The position numbers and the translations under genes are program-made. From NCBI GenBank assembly GCA_964016885.1, contig OZ024752.1, positions 28,706,001 to 28,770,000 on the forward strand: a DNA stretch of 64,000 nt, given 5' to 3'. The notes under the pieces are model-generated. The model saw only the letters and a list, made by a program, of their open reading frames with translations, was not told the origin of the DNA and made no database searches. The DNA is from Eledone cirrhosa (Eukaryota). Positions 40,614 to 55,623 of the stretch are shown here, in pieces (position 1 is the stretch's first letter; each line of letters opens with the position of its first letter).

Positions 40614-42889
40614 AATAATTAATAATAAATTAATAATGATGAAATATATCTAATTTATTGCTTACCAAGCTTCGGTAGCAAAATATCATATTTTAAAAGC
40701 TTATGAAGTGTATATCGTCATTCAGTGAGATAAACAGACGACCAAAGCTTCGCGCATGATACTTCGTTGTAGTATAAATATCTTCCGTTTTTATTTGTAA
40801 TCCAGCCTCACCTGGCAACCGCACGCCACACATTCATACTGACAAACTGATTTATATCCTTCGACTATTAAATGTGTTATGACTTTGGAATGTATGGAAT
40901 CCCCTGTGATATTTATAGGATTTTAATAATGTTATATGCATAGCAAATTGTTGAGGGGTGGAGAGAGCATAGTGTGTGTGTGTGTATATATATATATACA
41001 TGTGTGTTTGTGTGTGTGTGCGTGTGTGTGTGTGGTATGTGTGTGTGTGGGTCTTGTATGTTCAATTTGATCAAAATGGATAGATAAGTATTCGTTCCAT
41101 GGTTTTCAACGACAATAAAAATTAGTTTAATTTTCAGAATATTTGCCAATCTGTATTCAACCTCTTTGACTGTTTATGTTTGTTTGATTTTTTTTAAGAA
41201 AATTTTGTAAGTTAAATTCGACAATTGGATGACTGAACAATTACATGACTGCCCGGAAACAACAAAAGACTGTTTGTCAACAAAATAAGATAATGGGCTT
41301 CACTAAACTGTTTCTGTGAAAGGCGTTCGCATCTGTCATAAGGCAGGATTCATTAATGTATTTCCGGTCCAATCCTGATTTATCTATCTCTAAAGCAAAA
41401 AGAAAACGAAAATTCAGAGTAGAGTGATCGCTATTTAACAATTGGGATTGTTATTGATGTAGATTTTGGGTTAGATCAGGGGTTCTCTGCCTTCTTTTTT
41501 TTTTTTCTTTTTTTGTCATCACCCACCTGTATAGAAAATATTTAAAAGCATACTAAACATGTTTGGTAAAGGTTTGTTACTGGTTCATTATTCCCATTTA
41601 GCCTCCTTTTTATACAGATTCTTTGCATATCTCCTTTCAATAAAAAAAAAAGCATAGATAGGATAGTGTCCTTATTTCTTATGTACCAACTTATATTTCT
41701 CCGCAATCTTTATAAAGATAATGTAACCTATTTGAACCATGACACTTAACTGTTAATAGATATCATAAAATTCGCTTCCACGCCATAAAAACAAAAGTCT
41801 ATTATAATTGATGTTTATATATTATATGCACTGAAAGATAATCCATCCGTAAATATAATATTTATATGTGTGATTACGTTAGACTGGTGTTCACTAGATA
41901 TAAGGCGAAATATTTAGTGCAAAATTAATAAGTAAGTAGGTCAGAATAATCGAGGTTAATAATACTAGTTAATATGGTATTCTTTTTTAGGTTTCAAGAG
42001 GGTACTGATTCGTATTCTATCAACGAAGGTGTATATCATTTAAGAAAATGGCACTCATATTTTAATGTTTTCATCTGTAAAAACACTGCAAAATTTACAA
42101 GTCATCTTTTTTTACTTGCTGTACGGAAATCCGTGATTTCGTACCAGCAGGAGTTTTACAGCCTGATAATTAATTTATCTCGACTGGTCCCAGTACTTTT
42201 CCAAAGATTATTCTGATTGTGAAAAATCTAATATTTTATTGTATCGCCTGAATACAGTTGAATTGTTTAAGGAAAGAACAATGCTAGATTCAATCTTGAT
42301 GCAAAGCTGGGGAAATCACATCCACATTATTACATGAATATGCACAGTTTCAGTTGAATCCGGAGATGTTCAAATCTTTGTATGGTTCTTTTTGCCTTCC
42401 ATGTCTCCGACATAACTAATTACCTGGCTCCGATTTTAAAAATCAATAATGGAGTAATATGCATGATATAAATGCACCATTCCATACATCATATGATGAC
42501 TAGTTTAGAAATTAAGAATGATAAAGACCAGTTAATGATAAAGACTAGTTAAATCACAGTAAATTAAAAGGAATTCAACCAGTGGATTAAAACACTGATC
42601 TCATCGCAAATATATTTAATTTATTTCATTAAGTCGGCTTAACGATAAATATTATCAATAAATAACGAAAGGCAACAATTATATTTCAAATACTTTATAT
42701 TACTTTTCAAAATTCATTGCGGCAAATTTTGCACAAAAACAATCAAACATCGGTGAAAAAGGATTAAATAATTTGATGTTGTTAAATTATTATTTTCGGA
42801 GTTCTCTAGAATAGTTACGTTGTTCTTTCCTTTTTAGAAACATAATAGCGATAAATTAAAACAAACAAAATACATAAAATCATTTTTAC

Positions 42890-42895
42890 TTTATT
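42890..42895 (-). terminator. Candidate polyadenylation signal of gene B
   Basis: AATAAA on the minus strand about 165 nt after the stop codon. Confidence 0.4.
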
Positions 42896-43060
42896 TGGTT
42901 CGGCCTTACTTTTTTGTTTTTTTGTTTGTTATTCTTATTTTTTACTTAGGTCAATTAACATTTGTTGGACGTTCATTAGGTCAGTCTCACATTACAAACT
43001 GTTGGTTCTATATATATATAAATAAATATCATCAGTTTGGGTTTCATAATTATTGCTGTT

Positions 43061-43225
43061 TTAGAATTCGGTACTGGAACGTTTCTTCAAATAAGTAGAC
43101 ATCTTAAGATGACTCATCACACGGTTTCTCAGAGCCTGCAGTTTAGGATAGCTATTAAGGATAGATGAATCTTCCATTAGTGGGTTCTCAAGGGCGCAGT
43201 AGCACATCATATCAGCCATGGTCAT
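43061..43225 (-). CDS. S-crystallin gene B, coding exon 6
   Basis: TATAG acceptor, [57 protein letters not shown]; the six exons sum to 648 nt = 215 aa + stop. Confidence 0.96.
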   Translation of the reverse strand: MTMADMMCYCALENPLMEDSSILNSYPKLQALRNRVMSHLKMSTYLKKRSSTEF

Positions 43226-43863
43226 CTATAGGAAGATAAATTAAGAAAATACACGATTAGTTTTAACTGATCAAAATAATTCCACATTTTTTTGCTAATT
43301 TAGTCTATGTATCCAAATGGTTTCTTAATACTAAAAGCTTTCAATTTTGTCTACTGAGACTCCAGGATCTAATTGCTGTCTGAAATATTGTTACACAATG
43401 TAGAAGATAAATATTTAATCATATTGTCTATCAGACTACAAATTATAAAGAAAAGGAAACTCTATGCGGCTGTATAGGTGTTTTAGCAACCGAAGAAATT
43501 ACATTTACGTCTGTCAAATAAATATGATTTAGTTGACTTCATATTCCTTTTGCTTGTCTATCTACTTGAACCTTGCTAGATGATTTAATTTCCCATTTTA
43601 AAAGAAACTCATGTAATTCAATTTAGCTTTTCTAAACAACTGAATATTATTTTAGAGTTTATGTTAGAAATGAACACATTTTTGAGGTAGATTCTACCAT
43701 GTAGTGTTTAATATTCTTTAAGCCTGAAAATCATTTTAATAGCTATTTGTACCATTTTATCGGTATTTTAAGTCATTTAAGCACCATTTACCCGCATTTG
43801 ATAGAAAATATCAACTTACTGCACAAACAGGTGTATTTATTTTTTCACTATTCTAACATCATA

Positions 43864-44205
43864 ATGAAGGCCCCCACTCGGTCACGAATAACCATGGTTT
43901 TTCACCTAGAAAGTTTCCCTACGAGGCACAAGCCTGGGCAAGGTTTGTTTTGTGGAAGACAAACAGTCGCCCATGCATACCAGTCTCCCCTCTCCACGCC
44001 ACCGATATTGTCCAAGGGAAAGGCAATGGCCGATACAGCTTGGCACCAGTGACGTCGCAACTAATTTCTACAGCTGAGTAAACTGGAGCAACGTGAAATA
44101 AAGTGTCTTGCTCAAGGACATAACGCATCACCCGGACCGAGAATCGAACTCACAACCTCTCAATTGCAAGCCCAATGCTCTAACAACTAAGCCATGCGCC
44201 TTCAC
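43864..44205 (-). mobile_element. tRNA-derived SINE (family 2) in intron 5 of gene B
   Basis: A-box TGGCTTAGTTG and B-box GAGTTCGATTC on the minus strand; TSD acatcata; 5-prime fragment of the same family at 49219..49340 (+). Confidence 0.8.
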
Positions 44206-44360
44206 ATCATACTAAAAGAAAACATATTAGAAACAGCCCATAGTTTACTGATGGGAGCCTTCACATTATATATTTATGCTTTTAGAGTTTCAGAAACGGA
44301 AGAAACTATATAAATTTCTCGTGTGACATATTGTACAAGATGAAAATGGCAAATACATAC

Positions 44361-44468
44361 CTGGTCACCCATAAAGAATTGATTACCACTCTTGTACATT
44401 TCTAAGGTCCTTTCCATAAATGGTAAAATTCTTCGCATAGACTCTTGGAATCTCATACGTTTTTCAGA
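44361..44468 (-). CDS. S-crystallin gene B, coding exon 5
   Basis: TTACAG acceptor, [42 protein letters not shown] donor; 108 nt. Confidence 0.95.
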
Positions 44469-45137
44469 CTGTAATAAATAAAGAGGAACACATTCATTTG
44501 TTAAATTTAATCTATTTATTTTGTTGTAAACAACATTTCGTTGTATATATTATTTGTTTATATATATCATGTGCGTGTGTGTGTGAAAAGTAAACAAAAA
44601 TAACAAAGCAAACAAAAATAACAAAGCAAACAACACATATTAGTTGAACGCTGGAAATACTAGAAAAAAAAGTTTTAACGTTTCGGAAAAATACGTGTGT
44701 ATTCAGTCAGCTATTTTGGAAAACATTTTAAATGTCACATTGGTCTTTAATATTTGGTGGTTGTTTTTAATTAAACAGTGTAAGCTTTTCGGAGTCAGCT
44801 ATTAATAAACAACATATTTATGATATATTGTAATTATAAGGAGACTGTGATGATATTGGAAACTGTAATATAACGGTATTAGAGAAACAGTACATTTCTA
44901 GTATGTTTAATCTCGAAAATTGGAATCATCCCTTTACATATTTTCGTTGCTCTACTCATTGCTAATATTATCTGCTATTTGCAATTCCTGGTAGAAGACG
45001 CGCAACACACAGCCCGATCCAGGAATAAAACCCACGACTTTACGATCATGAGACCAGCAACCTAATCACAAGTCCATGTGTAACTTCACTTTCATCTGAG
45101 ATATTTCTTCATTTCGTCATATTACTTTATACCGTTA

Positions 45138-45552
45138 CCAAGAAGAAATAATTGTTTCTACTTTTGGCACAAGGCCAGCAAATACCCAGTGCATTACTGG
45201 TACTTTATTTTATCGACCCCGTAAGGATGAAAGGCAAAGTTAACCTCGGCGGGATTTGAACTCAGAAGGGAAAGGGCCGTAACTCTATGCTGCAAAGCAT
45301 GGCGTCCGACCCTCTACCGATACTGCCAATCCACCGTCCCAAGAAGAAATAATTGTTTCTACTTTAGGCACAAGGCCAGCAATTACCCAGTGCATTACTG
45401 GTACTTTATTTTATCGACCCCGTAAGGATGAAAGGCAAAGTCAACCTCGGCGGGATTTGAACTCAGATCGTAAAGAGACGTAACTATGCTGGAAAGCATG
45501 GCGTCCGACTCTCTACCGATACTGCCAATCCACCGCCCCAAGAAGAAATAAT
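45138..45552 (-). mobile_element. Two family-1 SINEs in tandem in intron 4 of gene B
   Basis: Two SINE bodies separated and flanked by three copies of ccaagaagaaataat. Confidence 0.85.
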
Positions 45553-45771
45553 AAAAGAATGAAAGAGAAAGAAAGTGAGCGACAGATAGGTAGAGAGAGA
45601 GAGGGAGCGGGATAGAGAGATAGGGATAGACAAAGAAACAAACGGATAGATAGACAAACGGAGGGGGAGAGGGGTCGAGAAATAGTCAGGCAGATATGTA
45701 GATAGAGAGGGAAAGCGGGATAGATAGAGAGAGACAGGTATGTAGAGAGAGAAAAATTAAATGTAGCTTAC

Positions 45772-45801
45772 TGAGCCATTCTTGTCTCCAGATCTCTGGA
45801 A
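45772..45801 (-). CDS. S-crystallin gene B, coding exon 4 (30-nt loop exon)
   Basis: TTACAG|TTCCAGAGATCTGGAGACAAGAATGGCTCA|GTAAGC = FQRSGDKNGS; the S-crystallin-specific insert absent from GST. Confidence 0.92.
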
Positions 45802-46087
45802 CTGTAATAAAATTAAAAGAAAAGTGTAATTAAGTAATTACAAATCCTCAACGAAATTGTGTATATATATATATGTGTGTGTGTCTATGTATGTATATAT
45901 ATATATATATAAATATATGTCCGTGTGTATGTGTATGTATATATGTGTGTGTGTATGTGTGTGTGTATGTATATATGAATATATATGTGTGTATGTATAT
46001 ATGTATATATATATGTGTGTGTGTATGTATATGTGTGTGTGTATATATATATATGTGTGTGTGTATGTATATGTGTATATATATATG

Positions 46088-46118
<31 letters not shown>

Positions 46119-46323
46119 GTGTGTGTGTGTATGTATATGTGTATATATATATATGTGTGTGTGTGTGTGTATATATATGTATATATATATATATATGTGT
46201 GTGTGTATGTGTATATATATATGTGTGTGTGTGTGTGTGTATGTATATGTGTATATATATATATATGTGTGTGTGCGTGTGTGTGTATATGTATATATAT
46301 ATATATATGTGTGTGTGTATGTG

Positions 46324-46355
<32 letters not shown>

Positions 46356-46369
46356 CGTATGTATATGTG

Positions 46370-46463
<94 letters not shown>

Positions 46464-47579
46464 AAGTAAGAATATTTTCGAAACAGCGAGTGGGTTTGAA
46501 ATTATTAGAAATGTAAGCTAGCTATCGCCGTATATTGACTAAAGAAATTAAAGAAATTATTTAGCCTGATAGTGGGGTTAAGAACCCTCGGAGAAATGGA
46601 AAAAGATGAGTATTGACGTACGTGTGTGTGTGTGTATGTATATATATACGTTTATATATATATATATTTATGTGTTTGTGCGTCTATGTTTATTTGTGTC
46701 TGTGTGTATTAAGGATGTTTTCAATGAATGAATCAACAGAAGGATGTATCTTACGTATATTACAACATTTAGTCTGATGCTTTCTTTCGTTCTTCCTGAT
46801 CGCTGTTTATAATTACACTAGAACTCATTTATTTTCTCCGAACTTTATTTACTGTTCTTTTCCAAGATTTCGCCTAAATTTTCTTACTCTGTTAAGTGAT
46901 AAACAACCGAGCTGTTATTAAATATATGTTAAAATAACTCTCATGTGCACGCCACCAGAAACCTGACTAGACTATACAGACAAACAAGTTTGCATGATGC
47001 CATAAATACATTTTGGGACATTTAAAATGACGCAGAATGCGTTAGCTAGATTTAAGTATCCGGGCAGATATGACTGATTTGCGTGAAATTCTGATTATAG
47101 ATTGTTTATCGATTTACATGGTCCTTTTATTAATCTCTGGGGAACTGTTATGTAAGCTGAATCACAAAAAAAAATGTGATCTTAGCATTTCTTTCAAGTA
47201 ATACCTCATGCTATACATTAATCAGAAAATGCAGCAAATTCTTCGAGACTGTTATACGATTTTATTGGTCGATTGAAGCTATTTCACTTTATATTGTTTA
47301 AGCCCTAATGCAAAACATACAATGCTACTCTAATATATAAGACCTTTGTGTCTGATAAGAATATACTTATATTTATGGGAGCACTGAACTAAATCTATTT
47401 TCCTTATCTTCCAATACAGTTCAGCACAATTTCCTATTTTATCACTTCCAATAAAATATTTTGGTCGGCTACATAAATGTTTACAATTTTCTAACTGTTA
47501 TCTATGCCAAATGAAATATATTTATTTAATTTTAATGCAATACGTTGTTTTCTTTTGTTTGGTTGAAAACCTCACTTAC

Positions 47580-47695
47580 CATCATTCTGCAGTTGCCGTC
47601 CTGGTACATCCTCATGTAGTCATCCAAGATATCATAGAAACAATCTGAGATGTAGTCAACTCTGGCCATCTCAATGTTGCTTTTGCCATGGAAAC
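47580..47695 (-). CDS. S-crystallin gene B, coding exon 3
   Basis: TACAG acceptor, (G)[44 protein letters not shown] donor; 116 nt. Confidence 0.96.
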
Positions 47696-48360
47696 CTGTA
47701 TAAAAGAAAGAAAAGATATAAATTCATTGTTTGATCTTTAACCACTGGTAAGAAACTCTCAGGAGAGCTGGACAGTAGAAGGTCTTTAGAGAAGAACCGC
47801 CACCACCCCGCCATCCCTCAAGCAAGTGCTTCGGTCCTTAGACTAGATCTTTAGGGGTAATGTATTTTATGAAACGTATTTTCAAGAGAATGAAATTCAA
47901 ATGAAGGTTTAGAAAATTAAAACTACTCTCTGCAAGAAAACATAAGGCTTTGCACTGTATAAGACGATAAATGATTTAAAGCGTGATTTGAAATAACAGT
48001 AGATCTAGCTGACCCAACGATTTCCCCAATGTTGCGCATCGGCGGATCAATAGTTAAAGCTAGCTACACAACTAAACTCTTTTAAATATGTGGAAAACAT
48101 CTCGATACTTAACATAAGGTATTGGTAATTATGCTTGTTTATTGATTAAAAAAAGTAATTACTTAATAATTTCCTGAAGTTTAAATTATATAATTTTATA
48201 AAACACAAATTTGCTAAGGTAAGATTCTTTTGTTATCTTGGCAATTTAACATTCTTCATACGCGTTGTTTTGGTGTTCAAACTTAAAATTTGTGTTTCCT
48301 ATTAAACAATGCTTCAAGCAAGCTACAAAACTCTGTTATATAATTATATATATATATAGA

Positions 48361-49103
48361 TATAGATAAAATAAATCAAAGAACGCCTACATACTTATAC
48401 AATTTTTATTCGATAACAATATTTCATCCATACCGTGGGGCAGGAATCCTCAGAACGTAATGTCTTCTATAGTAACTATTGCATACCCGCCTTTGTTGAT
48501 TTTTCATATGCCTCAATTTATTTTTTCCTTTCCCCATTTGTTTAATTACTATTATGTATTTTTTTTTATTATTTTTAAATATTTTTTTATATTTTTACTT
48601 ATATTTTTGTAATTTTTAAATGTTTAATTCTTTTAAACAAATTTTAAAGTTTTTTAATTATTTTTAATTACTTCCAATTATTTTTAATTATTATTTTTTA
48701 ATTATTTTAAAATTATTTTTCTTAAAATCCTTTTTTTATATATTTTTTTTAATATATTCTTTTTAATTATCTTTAAGTGCTTAAGATTGCTTTTATATGC
48801 CTTCACATGCCCCGGTCTCTTGTGGGAAAATCTGCCTGTGTTATTGTATTATCATGGTTTGTTATAATACTGACTAATAAACCCAGTACGCATTCTCTCC
48901 ATCCTTCTCATATCCAATCTCCCTCATGCTATACTGTACTGTTTCTCAACTGTTCTGGTGACTAAGCTTGGTAGAGTTTATATTCAGCACTATATTTTTA
49001 TTGATTACGCTCTGAGAATTCCTGCCCCACGGTATGGATGAAACATTGTTAGCGAATAAAAATTGTATAAGTATGTAGTCGTTCTTTGATTTATTTTATC
49101 TAT
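48361..49103. mobile_element. PLE-type relic with about 100-bp inverted arms, each carrying a hammerhead motif, in intron 2 of gene B
   Basis: cgct-CTGAGAA-stem-GAAA-cattg-TT-agcg at 49008..49054 (+); CTGAGGA copy at 48411..48457 (-). Confidence 0.7.
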
Positions 49104-49837
49104 AATGGCTCTGTTTCGTACATTGAGCTAATACGATACTGTCACAAATATGACACTGTGCAGATGTGCTTATGTACATATGATCCGTTGTCTACGTAAA
49201 TATATATATATATATATAGTGAAGGCGTGTGGCTGAGTGGTTAGAGAATTGGATTCACAATCTTGAGGCTGTGAGCTCGATTCCCGGACCAGGTGATGCG
49301 TTATGTCCTTGAGCAAGACACTTTATTTCACGTTGCTCCTTCTATCTGGAGTTGCGACCGATAGATAGTACTAGCAATTGGAAAGACCAATGGAAACATT
49401 GTTTCCTCGGTCCGATTTGACGAAAGTCGATCGATCCCAAAAAGAAAAAAAAATAATATATATATATATATATATATATATTACAGGATATATCGATTGA
49501 AAAACAAACTAATATTTTGTACATATATATAGAACAGATATGTAAATCTATATACATAGCCCTATGTGTTAAAGTGGACTATACTTTCATAGACTGATGG
49601 AATAAATGAGTGAGGGCGAAATCTAAATTAATTATTATATATACAGGAAGATGTATTTACTGGTGGTTGTTCTGAATCAAATGTTATATTTATATATAGT
49701 GTGTGTGTCTTTAAATGTAAATAAGTACTTGATATACATGTTATTACACTCAATTGCTTGCTTCAACTGTAAATGGATATTAGGATAATGTTGCCAACAT
49801 ATCTTTAAATTTATATATATATTTGGCAAGCACTTAC

Positions 49838-49933
49838 CAAATTCTCTGGCCAGGTACCTAGCAATAGCCATACTCTGGGGTATTTGATGTCTGTTGTCAA
49901 TCTCCAGCATTGGCATCATGGAACATGGCATCT
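49838..49933 (-). CDS. S-crystallin gene B, coding exon 2
   Basis: TTTCAG acceptor, (K)[31 protein letters not shown](G), GTAAGT donor; 96 nt. Confidence 0.96.
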
Positions 49934-51992
49934 CTGAAATAATACAAATTGAACATTTCTAAGAAAACAATATAAATTAAGCAGTAAATTGAAAAGTGCA
50001 TATATTAATATATTCCTCGGTATAAGATGAACATACGCTCTCAACGCAATTTATATTCATCAATTATCTACTCAATTTGTCATGCTTATAAAGAAGAGAT
50101 GAACATCTAATGGATAATCATTTATACATAATGGACTAGACATAATGGAGATCTAAACAAATGTATCATGAATACTGTGCAAAGTAATAAATATAATACA
50201 TTCTACTATCTATTCAGCGGTTAACCGATGCATAATCAACAAGGCCGTCTGCAATTCTCTCTAGAAACCAAAAGACATAACGAGGTGCCTTTAAATATCA
50301 GATAAATCCTTTCAAATTATGTCCAGTTGTCTTGAAAACGGACATATGTGTCGCTGGTCATTGTCCGCTGAAATGCCTTTGTAGAATTGTCCGCCGAAAC
50401 ACCACCCCGACCTAGGTGTAGAGTCTGTTACCCTCTCCCCTTCTCTCTCTCCCTCTCTCTCTCTTTCTTCCGTTGCTTAATAGACCTTACTTTTTGCCAA
50501 TAATCCTTGTTATTATTCTCCTTTTCCTCTCATTTATAACATTTATAGTCCTTTCCTTTACTTTCCTATACAGTCAGATCTGCCCTTCTTTACCCCTTCC
50601 CCATTTTTTCGTTACTCAATTTTGTTTTATCTTTTTTTAATGTTTCCATCATTGCATAACTTCTGTTTATAAAATATAGTTGACATAAAATTTATAGTTT
50701 CGTTAATAAATTGCTTTAACTCCTTTGATAAAAAAAATTAATAATGTATTTCTGTATAAGCGATGCCAAAGAGATGTGATCATTGTCTCTAACATTTTAG
50801 ATAACAGTTCTGGTTCTACAGAACATATATGAGGCTAAAACCACTTACAAGCCAACGTAATAACTGTCTGCCGTTTCTAAATAAGCTGTATAAATTATAT
50901 AGACGCTGGGAATGTTTGAATTTTGAAAATGTGAGAGGCAGTCTCAGAAGCATAATAACAGTCGATCATTATAGAGTTCCGGCTCTAAGAGTAATGTACC
51001 CAATTCTCTCAATTATTATCTATATGGATCGACTGTTAATGCATTTATTTATTGCGTTTGAGACTCTCACATTTTCAAATATCTACCATTTGTATATAAA
51101 AGCAAAATGAAATTCAAAGATATTTAATTTAATAGTCCGGCAATCTAGGCGTCCTGCGATTGCGGTATATTGCAAAAATAGTTGATATTTTTGGAATGGA
51201 AAAATATTTTTTCAACTCGACTCCGTTTTATGATTTCTACTTATATTAAAGTATTGAAAGTATTAATTGAAAGTTGTTTGTTAAGTCAAAGAGCGAAATG
51301 TTAGATGTTTTACATAATCAATCATTTCTTTAGAATATTTTATACATGGACCCATAATTCCTGATGGAATAGCAGGAGCATTTTTAAGCCTGGCATATTT
51401 CCTCACAAAGTTTGAACACATCCGATTTCTTCCAGAGAACGGGAGAGAGTGTAATGATAGAGAGAAAGTAGGAAAGATTTATAGAGGAAGAATCAGCACT
51501 TGGACTGGTATTTTTCTATCGACCCTCAAGGAATGAAAGGCTAAATTGACCTGGGCAGATTCTGAACTCAGAGAGCATAGAGCCGGAACAAATACTGCAA
51601 CGTATTCTAACCGACGTTCTAACGATTCTGCCATTTTGCTGCCTGTCTTAGTGCTTCACATTTTAAGAACCCATATATGATTTTAAAGTCGTATTAGTAC
51701 GAACCAACAAGTTGTTTGATTTACTAAAAACAGCAAATAAATTTCACTAGAAGAATACCCCACTGTCTTAAATATATAGGATACAGAAGATAATATACTC
51801 TTGTATATCCGAATAAGATCGAATTCTAAGGACTGTAACGGCTTTTATCATGCATCTACTGATTACAACTGATATAACAACTGAAATTGTTTTGTTTTGT
51901 TTTTTTAGTACTATAGAGACTTAAACTACTGAGAGTATTATTTTGGGGACTCATAAAACTAAAGATGTAAAGTATAACTTTTTGTCACTTAC

Positions 51993-52125
51993 TGTTTCGC
52001 ATGTTTCCCCATTCTGAGGACTCGATCCTGCGGTCATTGTACTGGACACCAGCGGCTGCAAACAGCATACGGCAGATCTCGGCACGGCCACGGTGGTTGA
52101 AGTAGTGGAGAGTGTAGGAAGGCAT
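51993..52125 (-). CDS. S-crystallin gene B, coding exon 1
   Basis: [44 protein letters not shown]+1 nt, GTAAGT donor; 133 nt. Confidence 0.96.
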
Positions 52126-52211
52126 GGTTGGTGAGTTTTTTCTTGTTTTTTGATAGAAAAAAGAATGCGGACTTATTGAATGTAATTCTTCTTTGGCGAA
52201 CTAACTTCAGA

Positions 52212-52245
52212 AAGTGAAATTCGTTGTCTTGTTGATGCTTATATA
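52212..52245 (-). promoter_or_regulatory. Core promoter of S-crystallin gene B (TATA box + Inr-like)
   Basis: TATATAA at 52245..52239 followed by TTTCACTT at a spacing similar to gene A. Confidence 0.55.
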
Positions 52246-52641
52246 CTAGTGTCTGTGGAGAAGAATTTTACAAAGGATAGAAAACTAAGAATAAAAACAA
52301 TAATGAATAAGCAAGATAAATAAATAATACAGGTAGGAAAAATATAAAGGAAGAAATAAGAAAAAAAAATGCAACAGAAACCAGATAAGAACTGAAGACT
52401 AAGAAAAGGAAGGAAAACAGAAAATGGTAATTTAACCAAAAAACAGTTAATGAAAGTGATTATGTCATCAAGTGCTAGTTGATTAAAGTTTTAATTGGGT
52501 GACATTACAGTCATATGCAACCAGCATAGAAATGTCTGTCGAGGTGTCTGTTTGAGTATAAATATATGCACATATATGTAAATATATATACATATATATA
52601 TATGTGTATGCGTATGTATATGTATATATGTGATTATATAT

Positions 52642-52732
<91 letters not shown>

Positions 52733-53168
52733 TATATACGGTATATGCAAGTGTGTGTATATGTATTATGTATACGAATATATAGGTTAAAGTATGAATG
52801 CATCTTTTTGTGCATATTTCTTTGTGTGGATGCATGTTGGATTTCCTGTTTTCTGTTGTATGTAGACAATTGCATACATACATACATACATACATATACA
52901 AATATACACACATATATACATATATATATATACAAATATACACACATATATACATACATATATATATATACATACACACACACAAACATATATATATACA
53001 TAGATATGCATACACACGTATATATACACACGTATATACATATATTTATATATACATACACACATGTATATACACATATACATATATATATACACACACA
53101 CACATATATATACATATACACACACACATATATATATATACATATATATATACATATATATATACACT

Positions 53169-53206
<38 letters not shown>

Positions 53207-53285
53207 TATATATATACATATATATATACATATATATATACACTTATATATATATACATATCTATATATATACACACAAACACAC

Positions 53286-53336
<51 letters not shown>

Positions 53337-53412
53337 GTGTGTATGTAATTATATATATATATATAGTGTGAGTATGTATTTATATATATGTATTTATGTA
53401 TTATATATATGT

Positions 53413-53518
<106 letters not shown>

Positions 53519-53912
53519 TATATATATATAAATAAATAAATGAATAAACAAATTTAAATATTAGGTAGTTCTTTATTATATGTGCATATGTGTGTACTCC
53601 CATTAATTACTGGTGTGCACAGCGCTGTAATTATGCATGATCTGCCTAATGTATCTGTAACTACGTGTTTAAATGTACGTGTAAGTATGTTAATGCTTGT
53701 GTTATTGTCTATTTAATGGTATTCTTGTGTATTGCCAATTATTGTGTGTGCATGTGTATTACTATCTATATATACATATATACATATATATATATGTATA
53801 TATGTATATATGTATATATATATATATAAATATATATATATGTATATATATATGTATATATATATTTATATTAAAAAATTAATTCCTATACATTGGCGCA
53901 CACATGCATACT

Positions 53913-54010
<98 letters not shown>

Positions 54011-54032
54011 CACCTATATACATATATATAAA

Positions 54033-54106
<74 letters not shown>

Positions 54107-54216
54107 TATAAATGTTTGTATATACATATATATATACATATACATAAATATGTATATCTATATATATATATATTTATATATATGTATATAATTATATGCA
54201 TATATATAGGTATATA

Positions 54217-54263
<47 letters not shown>

Positions 54264-54332
54264 ATATATACACATTTATATATATGTATATATATATATA
54301 TACACACACAATTATATGTATGTATATATATG

Positions 54333-54365
<33 letters not shown>

Positions 54366-54454
54366 TTATATATATATATATTTATATATATATATATTTA
54401 TATATATTTATATATATATATATTTATATATATTTATATATATTTATATATATA

Positions 54455-54557
<103 letters not shown>

Positions 54558-54566
54558 TTATATATT

Positions 54567-54597
<31 letters not shown>

Positions 54598-54779
54598 TTA
54601 TATATTTATATATATATATATATATATATTTATAGAAACCCAAGAAGCTAGATTTAACATCTTTCTAGCGGGTCCGGGTGCGACCGGCTGAGGTTGAAGG
54701 AACAGAATAGCGGTCGCCCTCGGGTCTCGTTTTTCAGCCCCATGGATTTTACCTATTACATTCACGTATTATATTTCGA

Positions 54780-54837
54780 ATATCTGATGATATCACCGGA
54801 TTCATACGGAACCCGGTCATTGAAATGATCATAGTAT
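54780..54837 (+). ncRNA. Minimal hammerhead ribozyme motif in a ~400-bp island within (TA)n
   Basis: atat-CTGATGA-tatc accgg...ccggt catt-GAAA-tgatca-TA-gtat; palindromic stem III. Confidence 0.6.
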
Positions 54838-55066
54838 AATAAACCTTTCAAGGATTTACACAAATCCAGCCTCCTGTCATTTCATTATAATATTTAACTC
54901 CGTAATAGCACCACCAACTACAAAAACAAAGACGGTTGAACTGCTTTACGTTGAGTACTCTCTATATTATTGCATTACGATTGACCATACGGAATAGACC
55001 AGCTCTATACAGTGGTGAACCTCAAACCTAAATAAATATATATTTATATATATATATATATATTTT

Positions 55067-55099
<33 letters not shown>

Positions 55100-55316
55100 A
55101 CGATATTAATAAATGGAAACTATATTTATAAAACCATATTTATTTCATTATATATATTTCAAGGATACCAAGTTAAATTATGGTATGCCTACTCCAAATA
55201 TTTGTCGAGTGCTTTATATCAGTTATAAAAATATTTGCTTGTTGTAGACCAACAATTTAAATAGAACTTTTGCATATATATATATTTTTATATATATATA
55301 TATTTATATATATATA

Positions 55317-55388
<72 letters not shown>

Positions 55389-55463
55389 TATGTATATATA
55401 TTTTTATATATATATATATATTTTTTTATATATATATATATTTTTTTTATATATATATATATT

Positions 55464-55494
<31 letters not shown>

Positions 55495-55537
55495 TTATAT
55501 ATATATATTTATATATATATATATATTTATATATATT

Positions 55538-55623
<86 letters not shown>

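Noticed and set aside
49219-49290. tRNA gene-like A/B boxes
   Set aside because: Continues into the SINE family-2 body with no acceptor stem; a SINE head, not a tRNA gene
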